Shown: positions 54,020-62,919 of the stretch, piece after piece
Position numbering within the stretch: the stretch's first letter is position 1
How the letters are laid out: the number at the start of each line of letters is the position of its first letter
Source of the DNA: Oscillospiraceae bacterium
Lineage (GTDB): Bacteria; Bacillota; Clostridia; UMGS1840
Assembly (NCBI GenBank): GCA_015068645.1
Contig: SVKD01000003.1
Span: 24,471-88,470, forward strand
Length of the DNA stretch: 64,000 nt
Direction: 5' to 3'
The notes under the pieces: model-generated
What the model was told of the DNA's origin: nothing
Database searches by the model: none
Seen by the model: only the letters and a program-made list of their open reading frames with translations
Made by a program: the position numbers and the translations under genes

Positions 54020-55384
54020 TTATTGTTCATTTTGATCCTGGGGAAGTTTTCTTAAAAAACGAATGGCAACAGGTGCACAGATAAAGAAAGCAAGCACATC
54101 CGCAATTGCCTGAGAAGACTGCACACCGAATAATCCGAAAGACTCGGTCAGAATCCACAGGGTAGGAATAAACAAAATACCGCTTCTTAGCATAGACAAA
54201 AAGGTTGCCTTTTTGTTTTCCCCGATGCTTTGAAACATCATATTGGCACAGATGGTCATGGGATGGAAAAGCAGTGCAAGAAGCTGTAGTTTTAAGCTGA
54301 ATGTTCCGATTTCGATTACCACAGGGTCATTGCGGAACATTCCCACCAAATGATTGGAGCATAATAAACCTGCCACTACACATACGCCGAGCAATATTTC
54401 TCCTGCCCACATGGTAAAATAAAATGCTTTTTTCACTCTAGAATATATTTTTGCACCATAGTTAAAGGATGCCACAGGCTGAAAGCCTTGTCCAATCCCA
54501 AGCCCCACAGCAAAGATAAAGAAAGTGATTTTATTCACAATAGACATTGCTGCCACGGCAGCATCTCCGCCAACACTGCCTGCCAAAATATTTAACGTCA
54601 TCGTGGCAATACTGGTTAAGCCCTGCCTGCAAAAACTGGGAAATCCCGTTGCCATAATCTGAAAGATTCCCTTGGGATGTTCTTTGGCTAATTTTACACT
54701 CAGCTTACTTAAGGTCTTCCCTTTTACAAACATGGAAAGCAAAATGAAAAAGCCAATCATCTGAGAAAGTGCAGTGGCAAGACCAGCTCCCGCAACTCCC
54801 ATCTTACAACCGAAAATCAGAAGAGGGTCACAGATGATATTTAAGATACCGCCAATGCCAAGACCAATCATGGCAAAAAAAGCTTTTCCTTCATACCGTA
54901 AAATATTATTTAAAGCAAAACTTGCCATGGTAAAGGGTGTAGCAATTAAGATATAAATACCATATTGCTTTGCATAAGGCAAAATGGTTTCGGTGCTTCC
55001 CAGAATCCGCATCAACGGATCTATCAAAATAAGTCCCAAAACGCCAATCAATGTACCCACTAAAAGACAGGCGACAATGCTTAAAGAGGCAAACACACTT
55101 GCACTGTGGGAATCTTTCTGCCCTAATTTTCGTGCGATGATACTACCTGCACCGTGCCCGAACATAAATCCGAACGCCTGAATAATCGCCATCAGCCCAA
55201 ACACAACACCCACAGCGCCACTGGCACTATTCCCAAGGATCCCCACAAAATAGGTGTCTGCCATATTATAAATATTGGTCACCAGCATACTGATGGTGGT
55301 GGGAATTCCTAAGGAAATCACTAACTTACCAATGGGCCAGGTGGTCATTTTTTCATATTGGGTGATTGTTTTTGATTGGGTCAA
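54020..55384 (-). CDS. MATE-family efflux transporter
   Basis: 12-TM profile with a typical MATE N-terminus (PIGKLVISLGIPTTISMLV). The start codon is uncertain: TTG at 55384 or ATG at 55348. Confidence 0.8.
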   Translation of the reverse strand: MTQSKTITQYEKMTTWPIGKLVISLGIPTTISMLVTNIYNMADTYFVGILGNSASGAVGVVFGLMAIIQAFGFMFGHGAGSIIARKLGQKDSHSASVFASLSIVACLLVGTLIGVLGLILIDPLMRILGSTETILPYAKQYGIYILIATPFTMASFALNNILRYEGKAFFAMIGLGIGGILNIICDPLLIFGCKMGVAGAGLATALSQMIGFFILLSMFVKGKTLSKLSVKLAKEHPKGIFQIMATGFPSFCRQGLTSIATMTLNILAGSVGGDAAVAAMSIVNKITFFIFAVGLGIGQGFQPVASFNYGAKIYSRVKKAFYFTMWAGEILLGVCVVAGLLCSNHLVGMFRNDPVVIEIGTFSLKLQLLALLFHPMTICANMMFQSIGENKKATFLSMLRSGILFIPTLWILTESFGLFGVQSSQAIADVLAFFICAPVAIRFLRKLPQDQNEQ

Positions 55385-55496
55385 TTTGCTACATCTCTTT
55401 TCCTAAAAAATAAAACTATATTATATTATACCATATTTTGTCAGATTTTGCAAGTGGGGAAAGCAGATCTTACTTGGTCGATATTTGGTTTCCCCA

Positions 55497-55621
55497 AAAT
55501 AAAAAAGCTTTGCCAAAGGCAAAGCAACCAAACTTCTTCCTTATTCACTATTCCTTATTACTTTCCAAAAATCCGCACAACAATCTTTTAGTGAAGATGG
55601 AAAAAGGAATAGGGAAAAAGT
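55497..55621 (-). repeat. tRNA-trailer module (family C), second copy
   Basis: The minus strand reads gatttttggaaagtaataaggaatagtgaataaggaagaag...gctttgcctttggcaaagctttttt. This matches 43723-43794. Confidence 0.8.
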
Positions 55622-55652
55622 AAAAATCCTCATTCTTACGAATGAGGATTTT
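55622..55652 (-). terminator. Rho-independent terminator after the tRNA operon
   Basis: aaaaatcctcattc / gaatgaggattttt. Confidence 0.8.
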
Positions 55653-55728
55653 TGGTGAGCCATCGGCGATTCGAACGCCGGACAACTTGATTAAAAGTCA
55701 AGTGCTCTACCGACTGAGCTAATGGCCC
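55653..55728 (-). tRNA. tRNA-Lys (TTT)
   Basis: Reverse complement folds as a cloverleaf. Anticodon loop cuUUUaa, encoded CCA. Confidence 0.9.
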
Positions 55729-55734
55729 ATATAT

Positions 55735-55810
55735 TGGCTGGGATAGCTGGACTCGAACCAGCGAATGCAGGAGTCAAAGTCCTGTGCCTTACCGACTTGG
55801 CGATATCCCA
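55735..55810 (-). tRNA. tRNA-Gln (TTG)
   Basis: Anticodon stem cagga/tcctg, loop cuUUGac, encoded CCA. Confidence 0.9.
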
Positions 55811-55829
55811 TCATATCAAAGTAATATAA

Positions 55830-55907
55830 TGGGGTGGATAATCGGATTCGAACCGATGACCCCCAGAGCCACAATCTGGTGCTCTAACCAACTGAGCTAT
55901 ACCCACC
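55830..55907 (-). tRNA. tRNA-His (GTG)
   Basis: Anticodon loop uuGUGgc, an extra 5' G, encoded CCA. Confidence 0.85.
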
Positions 55908-55920
55908 ATAAAAGACAAAG

Positions 55921-55997
55921 TGGCGCGCCTGAAGAGATTCGAACTCCTGGCCTACTGCTTAGAAGGCAGTTGCTCTATCCGGCTGAGCTACAGGCGC
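55921..55997 (-). tRNA. tRNA-Arg (TCT)
   Basis: Anticodon stem actgc/gcagt, loop cuUCUaa, encoded CCA. Confidence 0.9.
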
Positions 55998-56006
55998 ATA
56001 AAATAA

Positions 56007-56080
56007 TGGAGCGGGTGATGGGAATCGAACCCACACAATCAGCTTGGAAGGCTGAGATTCTACCATTGAACTACACCCGC
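56007..56080 (-). tRNA. tRNA-Gly (TCC)
   Basis: Anticodon loop cuUCCaa, encoded CCA. Confidence 0.9.
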
Positions 56081-56156
56081 ATCAGATACAACCTCAAGTT
56101 GAATTCAAGCGTCGGGCAACCTACATACACTGTTTAGACCCCTTAAGTGCTTGACC

Positions 56157-56216
56157 ATTATATCAAACAATTTTGGATTTGTCAAGAGTTTTTTTGGATT
56201 TTTTATGATTTTTTTT
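56157..56216 (-). promoter_or_regulatory. tRNA operon promoter with phased A-tract UP region
   Basis: Minus strand TTGACA (56180-85), 17 nt, TATAAT (56157-62). Upstream A-tracts start at 56189, 56199 and 56209 (10-bp phase). Confidence 0.7.
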
Positions 56217-56303
56217 AAATTCTTTCCAAAACCTAAGAGAATGAAGGCTTTTGCGCCTGTTTTTTATTCTGTTTTCTTTTAGGATTTCCAATTTTTTTAT
56301 TTT

Positions 56304-57062
56304 TTATAAGCGAACAGGGATGTTTTTTTCTTTCATATGTTCTTTTACCTGACGGATACTTAATTCTTTAAAATGGAACAAAGATGCTGCCAACACCGCA
56401 TCGGCGTGTCCATCCAGTACAGCTTGGGAAAAATGAGAAAGGTTTCCTGCACCGCCGGATGCAATCACGGGAATTTTTAAGGCGTCTGAAACCAAGCGAG
56501 TTAATTCGATATCATAACCCGCTTTGGTGCCGTCTGCATCCATACTGGTGAGTAAGATTTCCCCGGCGCCAAGCTGTTCGCAACGAATTGCCCATTCAAT
56601 AGCATCAATGCCTGTGTCATTTCGTCCGCCGTGGGTGAAAATGTTGAAGCCGCCGTCTGCACGACGTTTCGCATCAATGGCAACCACCACACACTGAGAA
56701 CCAAATTTTTCGGCAGCCTCGGTGATTAAAGTGGGGTTATGAATTGCCGCAGTGTTCACCGAAACCTTGTCTGCACCTGCTAAAAGCAGTTCTCTGAAAT
56801 CTTCTGCTTTACGAATACCGCCTCCCACAGTAAAGGGGATAAACACGTTTTCTGCAACGCTTCTTACCATATCCACGGTAGTTTTACGATTATCGGAAGA
56901 TGCAGTGATATCCAAAAAAACCAGTTCGTCTGCCCCTTCTTGATCATAAGCACGGGCACATTCTACCGGATCACCCGCATCAATTAAATTTACAAAGTTC
57001 ACTCCCTTTACCACTCTGCCGTTTGCCACGTCCAGACAAGGGATTACACGTTTTGTCAACAT
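56304..57062 (-). CDS. hisF: Imidazole glycerol phosphate synthase, cyclase subunit
   Basis: [20 protein letters not shown]... is a full-length HisF (beta/alpha)8 pattern. Confidence 0.9.
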   Translation of the reverse strand: MLTKRVIPCLDVANGRVVKGVNFVNLIDAGDPVECARAYDQEGADELVFLDITASSDNRKTTVDMVRSVAENVFIPFTVGGGIRKAEDFRELLLAGADKVSVNTAAIHNPTLITEAAEKFGSQCVVVAIDAKRRADGGFNIFTHGGRNDTGIDAIEWAIRCEQLGAGEILLTSMDADGTKAGYDIELTRLVSDALKIPVIASGGAGNLSHFSQAVLDGHADAVLAASLFHFKELSIRQVKEHMKEKNIPVRL

Positions 57063-57077
57063 TTTTTGTTACCTCAT

Positions 57078-57614
57078 TTATTTGGATAGATACCGTGCCA
57101 GTTTTAAAATGGCAACCACGGTTTTGGCATCCTTGATTTCATTTTTGTCCACCAGATCGAGAAGCTCGTCCAAAGTGAAAAATTCCACATCTAAAAATTC
57201 GTCTACATCTAAGTGCTGTTCCCCTTTGGTGAGCCCCTTTGCATAATAGATATGCAAGGTTTCGGTTAAAAAGCCAACAGAAGGATACAAGGCGCCAAAA
57301 TAAATATATTCTTTTGCAGAAAAACCGGTTTCTTCCAGAAATTCACGCTTACCACACTCAAAATGGTCTTCTCCGTAGTTTAATTTCCCTGCAGGCACTT
57401 CTAAAAGAACACGTCCAAACGGTGCTCTGAATTGACGCACCATGGGGATTTTTCCGTCATCCGTCACACCAATCACACAAACACCGCCGGGATGCTCCAC
57501 AATTTCACGGCTGGCTAAGGTACCATCTTCCAGCTCCACGGTGTCTTCTCTTAAGTTGATAACTCTTCCTTCAAAATATCGTTTGGTATCTAAGGTTTTT
57601 TCAGTTAATTTCAT
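57078..57614 (-). CDS. NUDIX hydrolase (ADP-ribose pyrophosphatase-like)
   Basis: Nudix box GKLNYGEDHFECGKREFLEETG. Confidence 0.8.
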   Translation of the reverse strand: MKLTEKTLDTKRYFEGRVINLREDTVELEDGTLASREIVEHPGGVCVIGVTDDGKIPMVRQFRAPFGRVLLEVPAGKLNYGEDHFECGKREFLEETGFSAKEYIYFGALYPSVGFLTETLHIYYAKGLTKGEQHLDVDEFLDVEFFTLDELLDLVDKNEIKDAKTVVAILKLARYLSK

Positions 57615-58439
57615 TTAAAAAGCTCCTTTTTTCACAAGAATCACCCGCTCCACACCGAAATAATCGGAAATAATTTCAGGTTTTCCCAAAGGTTTCATAA
57701 TATCAGCTACCAAAAAATGTTGATTGATGCCGATTTCCACGGCAAGGATTCCCCCATCAGAAAGATACTTCTTTGCAAGCTCCGTCAATCGGCGGTAAAA
57801 CAGCAATCCGTCTCCACCGTCGGTTAACGCCATTTTGGGTTCGTAATCCACCACATCAGTCATTAAATACTGCATATCCGAAAACGGAATATACGGGGGA
57901 TTAGACACAATCACATCATATTGTTTTTCCAACTCTTCTTTTAAAATATCTTTTTTAAAAATATTTACATCAGCACCTAATGTTTGGGCATTTTCTTTGG
58001 AAACAGCAATTGCCTCAGGTGAGAGTTCGTATAAGTCCACGTTTTGCCCCGATTCCAACGAAATGGTGATGCCGATGCATCCCGAGCCGGAACATAAATC
58101 TGCAATGGCAACCGGTTCTTTCGGCAAGCGTTCCAGCACAGCTGAAACTAAGTTTTCCGTTTCGGGACGGGGAATCAGAACACCCTCCCGCACATGAAAA
58201 TTACGGGAAAAAAATTCCTTTTTCCCCGTAATATAGGATAAGGGTTTTCCCTCTTTGCGTTCGCCAATCAAACGGAAATAATCCTCTTTGATATCCTCAG
58301 CATTGTCTGACAGATACAAAGGAAGTTTTCCGAAATCAATCTTTAACAGATGCTCTAAAATGGCACGGGCATCTATTTTGGGAGATTCGCACTCCCTGAG
58401 CATCAAAATACCCTGCTCATATAATTCTTTTACCGTCAT
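57615..58439 (-). CDS. prmC: Release-factor glutamine N5-methyltransferase
   Basis: SAM motif DLCSGSGCIG and catalytic NPPY. Start set to MTVKELYEQG; the track ORF extends to 58484. Confidence 0.85.
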   Translation of the reverse strand: MTVKELYEQGILMLRECESPKIDARAILEHLLKIDFGKLPLYLSDNAEDIKEDYFRLIGERKEGKPLSYITGKKEFFSRNFHVREGVLIPRPETENLVSAVLERLPKEPVAIADLCSGSGCIGITISLESGQNVDLYELSPEAIAVSKENAQTLGADVNIFKKDILKEELEKQYDVIVSNPPYIPFSDMQYLMTDVVDYEPKMALTDGGDGLLFYRRLTELAKKYLSDGGILAVEIGINQHFLVADIMKPLGKPEIISDYFGVERVILVKKGAF

Positions 58440-58452
58440 TTTTTTGCCACTT

Positions 58453-59412
58453 TTACCACTTGGTAGATTCGTTGGATTTTTCATCAGGTAATACGGCAGT
58501 TAACGCTGCGATGGCCACTTCAATCATAGAATCGTCAGGCTCTTTGGTGGTCAGATGCTGCAACCATACACCGGGCTTGGAAAGCATTTTTGTAAACCAG
58601 TTGGAGCATTTGCCTGCATATTTGATCAGTTCATAGGAAAGCCCTGCAACCACGGGAAGCAAGCAGATTCTCCAAAGAATCTTCATCCACACATTATCGG
58701 CAGCAGGCACAAAAAAGAACACAATCACAGACACTATCATCACCAGCACCAAAAAGCTGGTACCGCAACGGGGGTGAAAACGGGTGTGCTTTTTCACGTT
58801 TTCCACAGTTAATTCATCACCGTATTCATAAGCGAAAATGGTTTTATGCTCTGCACCATGATACTGAAATACTCGCTGAATGTCTTTCATACGGGAAATC
58901 AGCAACATATAGCACACAAACAAAACCATACGAATGCATCCTTCGATTAACACCGAAAGGCTTTCAGGCACTGTGGTACCCATCCAAGTGCTGACCCATT
59001 CTACCGCTAATTTCGGCAGAATCATAAACAGCCCTACTCCAAGGAATAAGGAAATCAACACAGAGATATACATAAAGATATCAAACAGCTTATCTCCAAA
59101 TTTTTCCATCAGCCATTTTTCAAATTTGCTCATCTGCTCGGTGTCGTCCTCCAAGTCACATTCCTTGGCAGAAAACATCAGGCATTGAACCCCTGTAAAA
59201 AGGGATTCAAAAAATGCTAAAAAGCCTCTTAAAATCGGCACTTTATTCAATTTCCATTTTTTGATGAAGGAATTGCTTTCCTTTTTATCCACCAAAATAC
59301 TACCGTCACTTTTGCGGACAGCGGTTGCCATACAAGTAGGCCCCTTCATCATAATTCCCTCAATCACCGCCTGACCGCCGATGGAGGTGGGCGTACATTT
59401 CTTTTGTTCCAT
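58453..59412 (-). CDS. DUF1385 (YqhQ-like) membrane protein
   Basis: IGGQAVIEGIMMKGP and HGAEHKTI motifs. Sits in the usual position upstream of prmC. Confidence 0.8.
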   Translation of the reverse strand: MEQKKCTPTSIGGQAVIEGIMMKGPTCMATAVRKSDGSILVDKKESNSFIKKWKLNKVPILRGFLAFFESLFTGVQCLMFSAKECDLEDDTEQMSKFEKWLMEKFGDKLFDIFMYISVLISLFLGVGLFMILPKLAVEWVSTWMGTTVPESLSVLIEGCIRMVLFVCYMLLISRMKDIQRVFQYHGAEHKTIFAYEYGDELTVENVKKHTRFHPRCGTSFLVLVMIVSVIVFFFVPAADNVWMKILWRICLLPVVAGLSYELIKYAGKCSNWFTKMLSKPGVWLQHLTTKEPDDSMIEVAIAALTAVLPDEKSNESTKW

Positions 59413-59570
59413 ATAATCAATATCCTTTCCCAACAGTTTGTTCTGCCGAAGACAACATAAACATAAAAAATATCAGAAGAAGTCCTTTGAAAAAACACAA
59501 ACTTCTCCTGATACTCATTATACAATAGTTTTGTGAAAAAATCAAGAAGTTTTTCGCATCTTTCGGGAGA

Positions 59571-60209
59571 TTATGACCGCTTTTGATGTTTTCTGCTCAC
59601 ATAAATTGTATACACAGCAGAAGCCACCCCAAACGGAATGAGTAAAATCAGCCACACCACGGATGCTTCTGCAGGAAGCAAGATGCTCAAGAGCCCCAAA
59701 ACGCCCATAATCACCATTCCAAATCCTGTAAAACGGTTGATTTTTTTTGCAACTTCGGGTTCAAAATTGTAATGCTTCACGTAACTGAGTTTTGGCAGAT
59801 AATTGCCTAATGTCACAAACATAATCCCTACAATACAAACCGCCACTCTGCGAATGTCGATTGCCCATCCCATACTGTAGCCCAAGGTCACAAAATACAG
59901 CACCACCGTAACGGCGGGAATCATCCATTTAGACAACAGTTCCATTTTTTTATTCCCCGAATATCTTTGAACCCCAAAATCAGTCATCAAGCAACAAAAC
60001 ATCTGAAACGCCACCATAATCACAGGCAATCCGAACACCGCAAAGGCTTTTGTCGCATAATTATCAGGTTGATTATTGATATTAAAATGAATGGCAATTT
60101 GATCGGGCAATTGATTCCACACGCTTAGCCCAAACAAAATGGGTGACAGCGTAATCACGCAGGTAATCATTAATATATTCCACTTAATCTTTTTCATTTC
60201 TTTCATCAT
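59571..60209 (-). CDS. SdpI/YhfL-family membrane protein (DUF1648 + SdpI)
   Basis: Polytopic, with the N-terminal LPDQIAIHFNINNQPDNYATK pattern. Overlaps the upstream ArsR/SdpR gene by 4 nt. Confidence 0.7.
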   Translation of the reverse strand: MMKEMKKIKWNILMITCVITLSPILFGLSVWNQLPDQIAIHFNINNQPDNYATKAFAVFGLPVIMVAFQMFCCLMTDFGVQRYSGNKKMELLSKWMIPAVTVVLYFVTLGYSMGWAIDIRRVAVCIVGIMFVTLGNYLPKLSYVKHYNFEPEVAKKINRFTGFGMVIMGVLGLLSILLPAEASVVWLILLIPFGVASAVYTIYVSRKHQKRS

Positions 60210-60472
60210 TTCTTCCCTCCCAAGGCGTAAATCCAGCTTAACAGTTCTTCAAACACAGAGGTATTGATTTCATAATAAATGAAATTTTTATATTTTTGTT
60301 CGCAAATTAAGTCTGCACTCTTTAATTTGGATAAATGATAGGAAACAGTTGCACCCGTTAGCAAAAAATGTTCTCCGATTTCCCCTGCCGACTTTCTGCC
60401 GTTTTTTAAAAGCTGCAGAATATCTCTTCTCACAGGGTCGGACAAAGCTTTCATCGTTTCATTCATTCCCAT
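60206..60472 (-). CDS. ArsR/SdpR-family autorepressor
   Basis: 88-aa winged helix: ALSDPVRRDILQLLKNGRKSAGEIGEHFLLTGATVSYHLSKL. Confidence 0.8.
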   Translation of the reverse strand: MGMNETMKALSDPVRRDILQLLKNGRKSAGEIGEHFLLTGATVSYHLSKLKSADLICEQKYKNFIYYEINTSVFEELLSWIYALGGKK

Positions 60473-60499
60473 AACGGATTGCTCCTTTTTTCAACAAAG

Positions 60500-60521
60500 A
60501 TATTTAGAAATTTATCTAAAT
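60500..60521. promoter_or_regulatory. Candidate SdpR/ArsR operator (8-6-8 inverted repeat)
   Basis: TATTTAGA-N6-TCTAAATA lies between a TTGACG-17-TACAAT promoter (minus strand) and the RBS of the repressor gene. Confidence 0.5.
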
Positions 60522-60629
60522 AGATTGTAACATAAAAAGATTGGTCCGTCAATATCTATTTCGATAAAATTCTAAATTGCAAGAAATTTCCTTTCGATTT
60601 GTATGTATATAAAAAAAATAGCGGAACAG

Positions 60630-60658
60630 TTGACTTAAAAAAACAAAAGTGATATAAT
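60630..60658 (+). promoter_or_regulatory. Near-consensus sigma-A promoter driving an untranslated ~215-nt leader or sRNA
   Basis: TTGACT, 17 nt, TATAAT. Confidence 0.6.
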
Positions 60659-60848
60659 AAAAAAACCACATACTATAATTGAATACGAAAGACCGAATAT
60701 TTTGTTTGAAATATTCTTGTTTTGTTGCACCCTTATACAACCTGTTTGTGTTCTGTTAAAAACGCAGGCTTTATATGTATGGTTGTATAAGTATTCATAT
60801 ATTAGATTATAGTGTGTGGTAACATGAAATCAAGCCAGCGTTTTTAGT

Positions 60849-60880
60849 GCGTGGTAAGATTTCTTGCCACGCATTTTTTA
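60849..60880 (+). terminator. Rho-independent terminator / attenuator upstream of the lipoprotein gene
   Basis: gcgtggtaag / cttgccacgc followed by TTTTTT. Confidence 0.7.
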
Positions 60881-60954
60881 ATTGCGCGAGAATTTAGAAA
60901 GGAGCTTTTTAATTTATCACACAAAACAATTTTGAAAGAAAGGAATTTCGAAAA

Positions 60955-61635
60955 ATGAAAAAATTGCTTATCCTGTTACTTATTAGTACTATGACATTAA
61001 GTCTTTGTGCCTGCAGTAATCAAAACGCTGCAAATAGCACTACTGTATCATACGACGATGCTCCCGAAGCAGATTTTAAAAAAATATATGAAGAATGTTC
61101 AGAAAATATTGTTGCAGCTGAAAATCAATATATTGGAAAACCGTATCAATTTTCCGGTTGGGTATATGCTGTTAACAAAGAGTTTCTCGCAGTCGTTCCG
61201 CTGCAATTCCCCAAATATGCATCATACGGCTCATGGTACCTGGTACGAATCAGTATGCCGGAAGATGAAATGTTAAAAGTGAAAGCAGGCGAATTCATAA
61301 CCGTTGGAGGCACTTTCAGCGAATTAGATACAACCTCTTCAAAAATGAATAACGGTGTTTACCTCGACAATGTCGTTCCTTTTGAAGGTAAAGTATCCTT
61401 TGTGCTTGACTCAGAAACCTTTATGCATATTATGGAAATCAAACAGCCTGACTCCGATATTACCTATCGTTATGTAGTAAAAAAAGCAGACACCATAGAG
61501 AATATTGAAGAAGCAACCATCAATGGTGTAACCTTCAAAAAAGATGACTTCGTGCAAGGAACTGCAATGATGACCAGAAAAGATTCATACGTAAACACAT
61601 ACGATATTACCGAAATAGTATCCATCGAAAAATAA
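60955..61635 (+). CDS. Lipoprotein with OB-fold (tRNA_anti-like family pattern)
   Basis: Lipobox LSLCAC. The segment FKKIYEECSENIVAAENQYIGKPYQFSGWVYAV resembles the tRNA_anti-like OB lipoprotein family. Confidence 0.55.
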   Translation: MKKLLILLLISTMTLSLCACSNQNAANSTTVSYDDAPEADFKKIYEECSENIVAAENQYIGKPYQFSGWVYAVNKEFLAVVPLQFPKYASYGSWYLVRISMPEDEMLKVKAGEFITVGGTFSELDTTSSKMNNGVYLDNVVPFEGKVSFVLDSETFMHIMEIKQPDSDITYRYVVKKADTIENIEEATINGVTFKKDDFVQGTAMMTRKDSYVNTYDITEIVSIEK

Positions 61636-61651
61636 AACAATCGCAATACGC

Positions 61652-61686
61652 AAAAAAAAGAGACGGAAAAATCCGTCTCTTTTTTA
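61652..61686. terminator. Bidirectional rho-independent terminator
   Basis: aaaagagacgga / tccgtctctttt. Confidence 0.8.
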
Positions 61687-62826
61687 TGAAAACATATTTT
61701 TCAGAGTATCTAAAAATGATTTCTTTTTGCTGTGGCTGGAATCTTCACAGCTTTTTTCAAACTCTTTTAAGATGTCTTTTTGCTTTTGAGTAAGCTTTTT
61801 GGGAACTTCCAGCTTGGCAATCACATACTGATTCCCTCTGCCGTTTCCACGAAGGTGAGGAATCCCCTTTCCTTTTAACACAAATTTTGCTTCGGGCTGT
61901 GTTCCTTCGGGAACAGTCAGTTCAATCTTACCATCAATGGTGGGAACTACCAATTTGGCACCTAACGCCGCTTCGGTAAAGGTGATGGGCAATTCCACAT
62001 ACACGTCAAAACCTTCTCTGTGGAAGATTTTATCTGCCTGCACACGGATATCTAAGTATAAATCTCCGTTGGGGCCACCGCGAAGACCGGGTTCCCCCTC
62101 TCCGCGAACGGTTAAGGTCTGCCCGTCATCAATGCCTTTGGGGATATTGATTTCTAAGGTTTTGGTTTTTCTCACGTGACCGCTTCCGCCGCAGTTTTGA
62201 CATTTTTCTTTAATAATCTGACCGGTTCCACCACACTGAGAACAAGGGGCAGATGTTTGCATATTGCCAAAAGGTGTCCGCTGAATTCTGCGCACCTCAC
62301 CACTACCGTGACAGGTGGGACAAACTTCCGGTTGAGTCCCTTTTTTTGCACCGCTGCCGTTACATTCCGGACAGGCATCCTGCTTGGTGATGGTAATTTC
62401 CTTACGAACGCCAAAGCAGGCTTCCATAAAGGTGATGGTGACGCTTTTCTGAAGGTCTCTGCCCTTCTGGGGACCGTTTCTTCTGGAACGTCCCCCACCG
62501 CCGAAGCCGCCAAAGCCACCGTTGAAAATACTGTCAAAAATATCAGAAAAGCCGCCAAAATCGCTATATGCACCGTAACCTGCGCCTGCACCGCCGTTTT
62601 CAAACGCCGCATGACCGAACTGGTCATATTGCTGACGTTTCTGGGGGTCAGACAGCACTTCATAGGCTTCGTTTGCTTCTTTGAATTTGGCTTCTGCTTC
62701 TTTATTATCGGGGTTTAAGTCGGGATGATACTTTTTTGCAACCTGGCGGTATGCTTTCTTTAAGTCCGCCTCGCTTGCATCTTTTGATACTCCCAGCACT
62801 TCATAATAATCTCGTTTTTGTGCCAT
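61684..62826 (-). CDS. dnaJ: Molecular chaperone DnaJ
   Basis: J domain (DYYEVLGV...HPD), G/F region and four CxxCxGxG zinc motifs. Start set to MAQKRDYY. Confidence 0.95.
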   Translation of the reverse strand: MAQKRDYYEVLGVSKDASEADLKKAYRQVAKKYHPDLNPDNKEAEAKFKEANEAYEVLSDPQKRQQYDQFGHAAFENGGAGAGYGAYSDFGGFSDIFDSIFNGGFGGFGGGGRSRRNGPQKGRDLQKSVTITFMEACFGVRKEITITKQDACPECNGSGAKKGTQPEVCPTCHGSGEVRRIQRTPFGNMQTSAPCSQCGGTGQIIKEKCQNCGGSGHVRKTKTLEINIPKGIDDGQTLTVRGEGEPGLRGGPNGDLYLDIRVQADKIFHREGFDVYVELPITFTEAALGAKLVVPTIDGKIELTVPEGTQPEAKFVLKGKGIPHLRGNGRGNQYVIAKLEVPKKLTQKQKDILKEFEKSCEDSSHSKKKSFLDTLKNMFS

Positions 62827-62919
62827 AGACTGTCTCTCCATTTACGCAAGATATTTCCGACAGATGGCTCTGCCGGAAATATCGTTTTGGTATTTTAAAT
62901 TGTAAATCAAATCTGATTC

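Noticed and set aside
62172-62718. 163-aa and 180-aa ORFs on both strands inside dnaJ
   Set aside because: These are alternative-frame ORFs through the Gly/Cys-rich, GC-rich part of dnaJ. The dnaJ frame is unambiguous.
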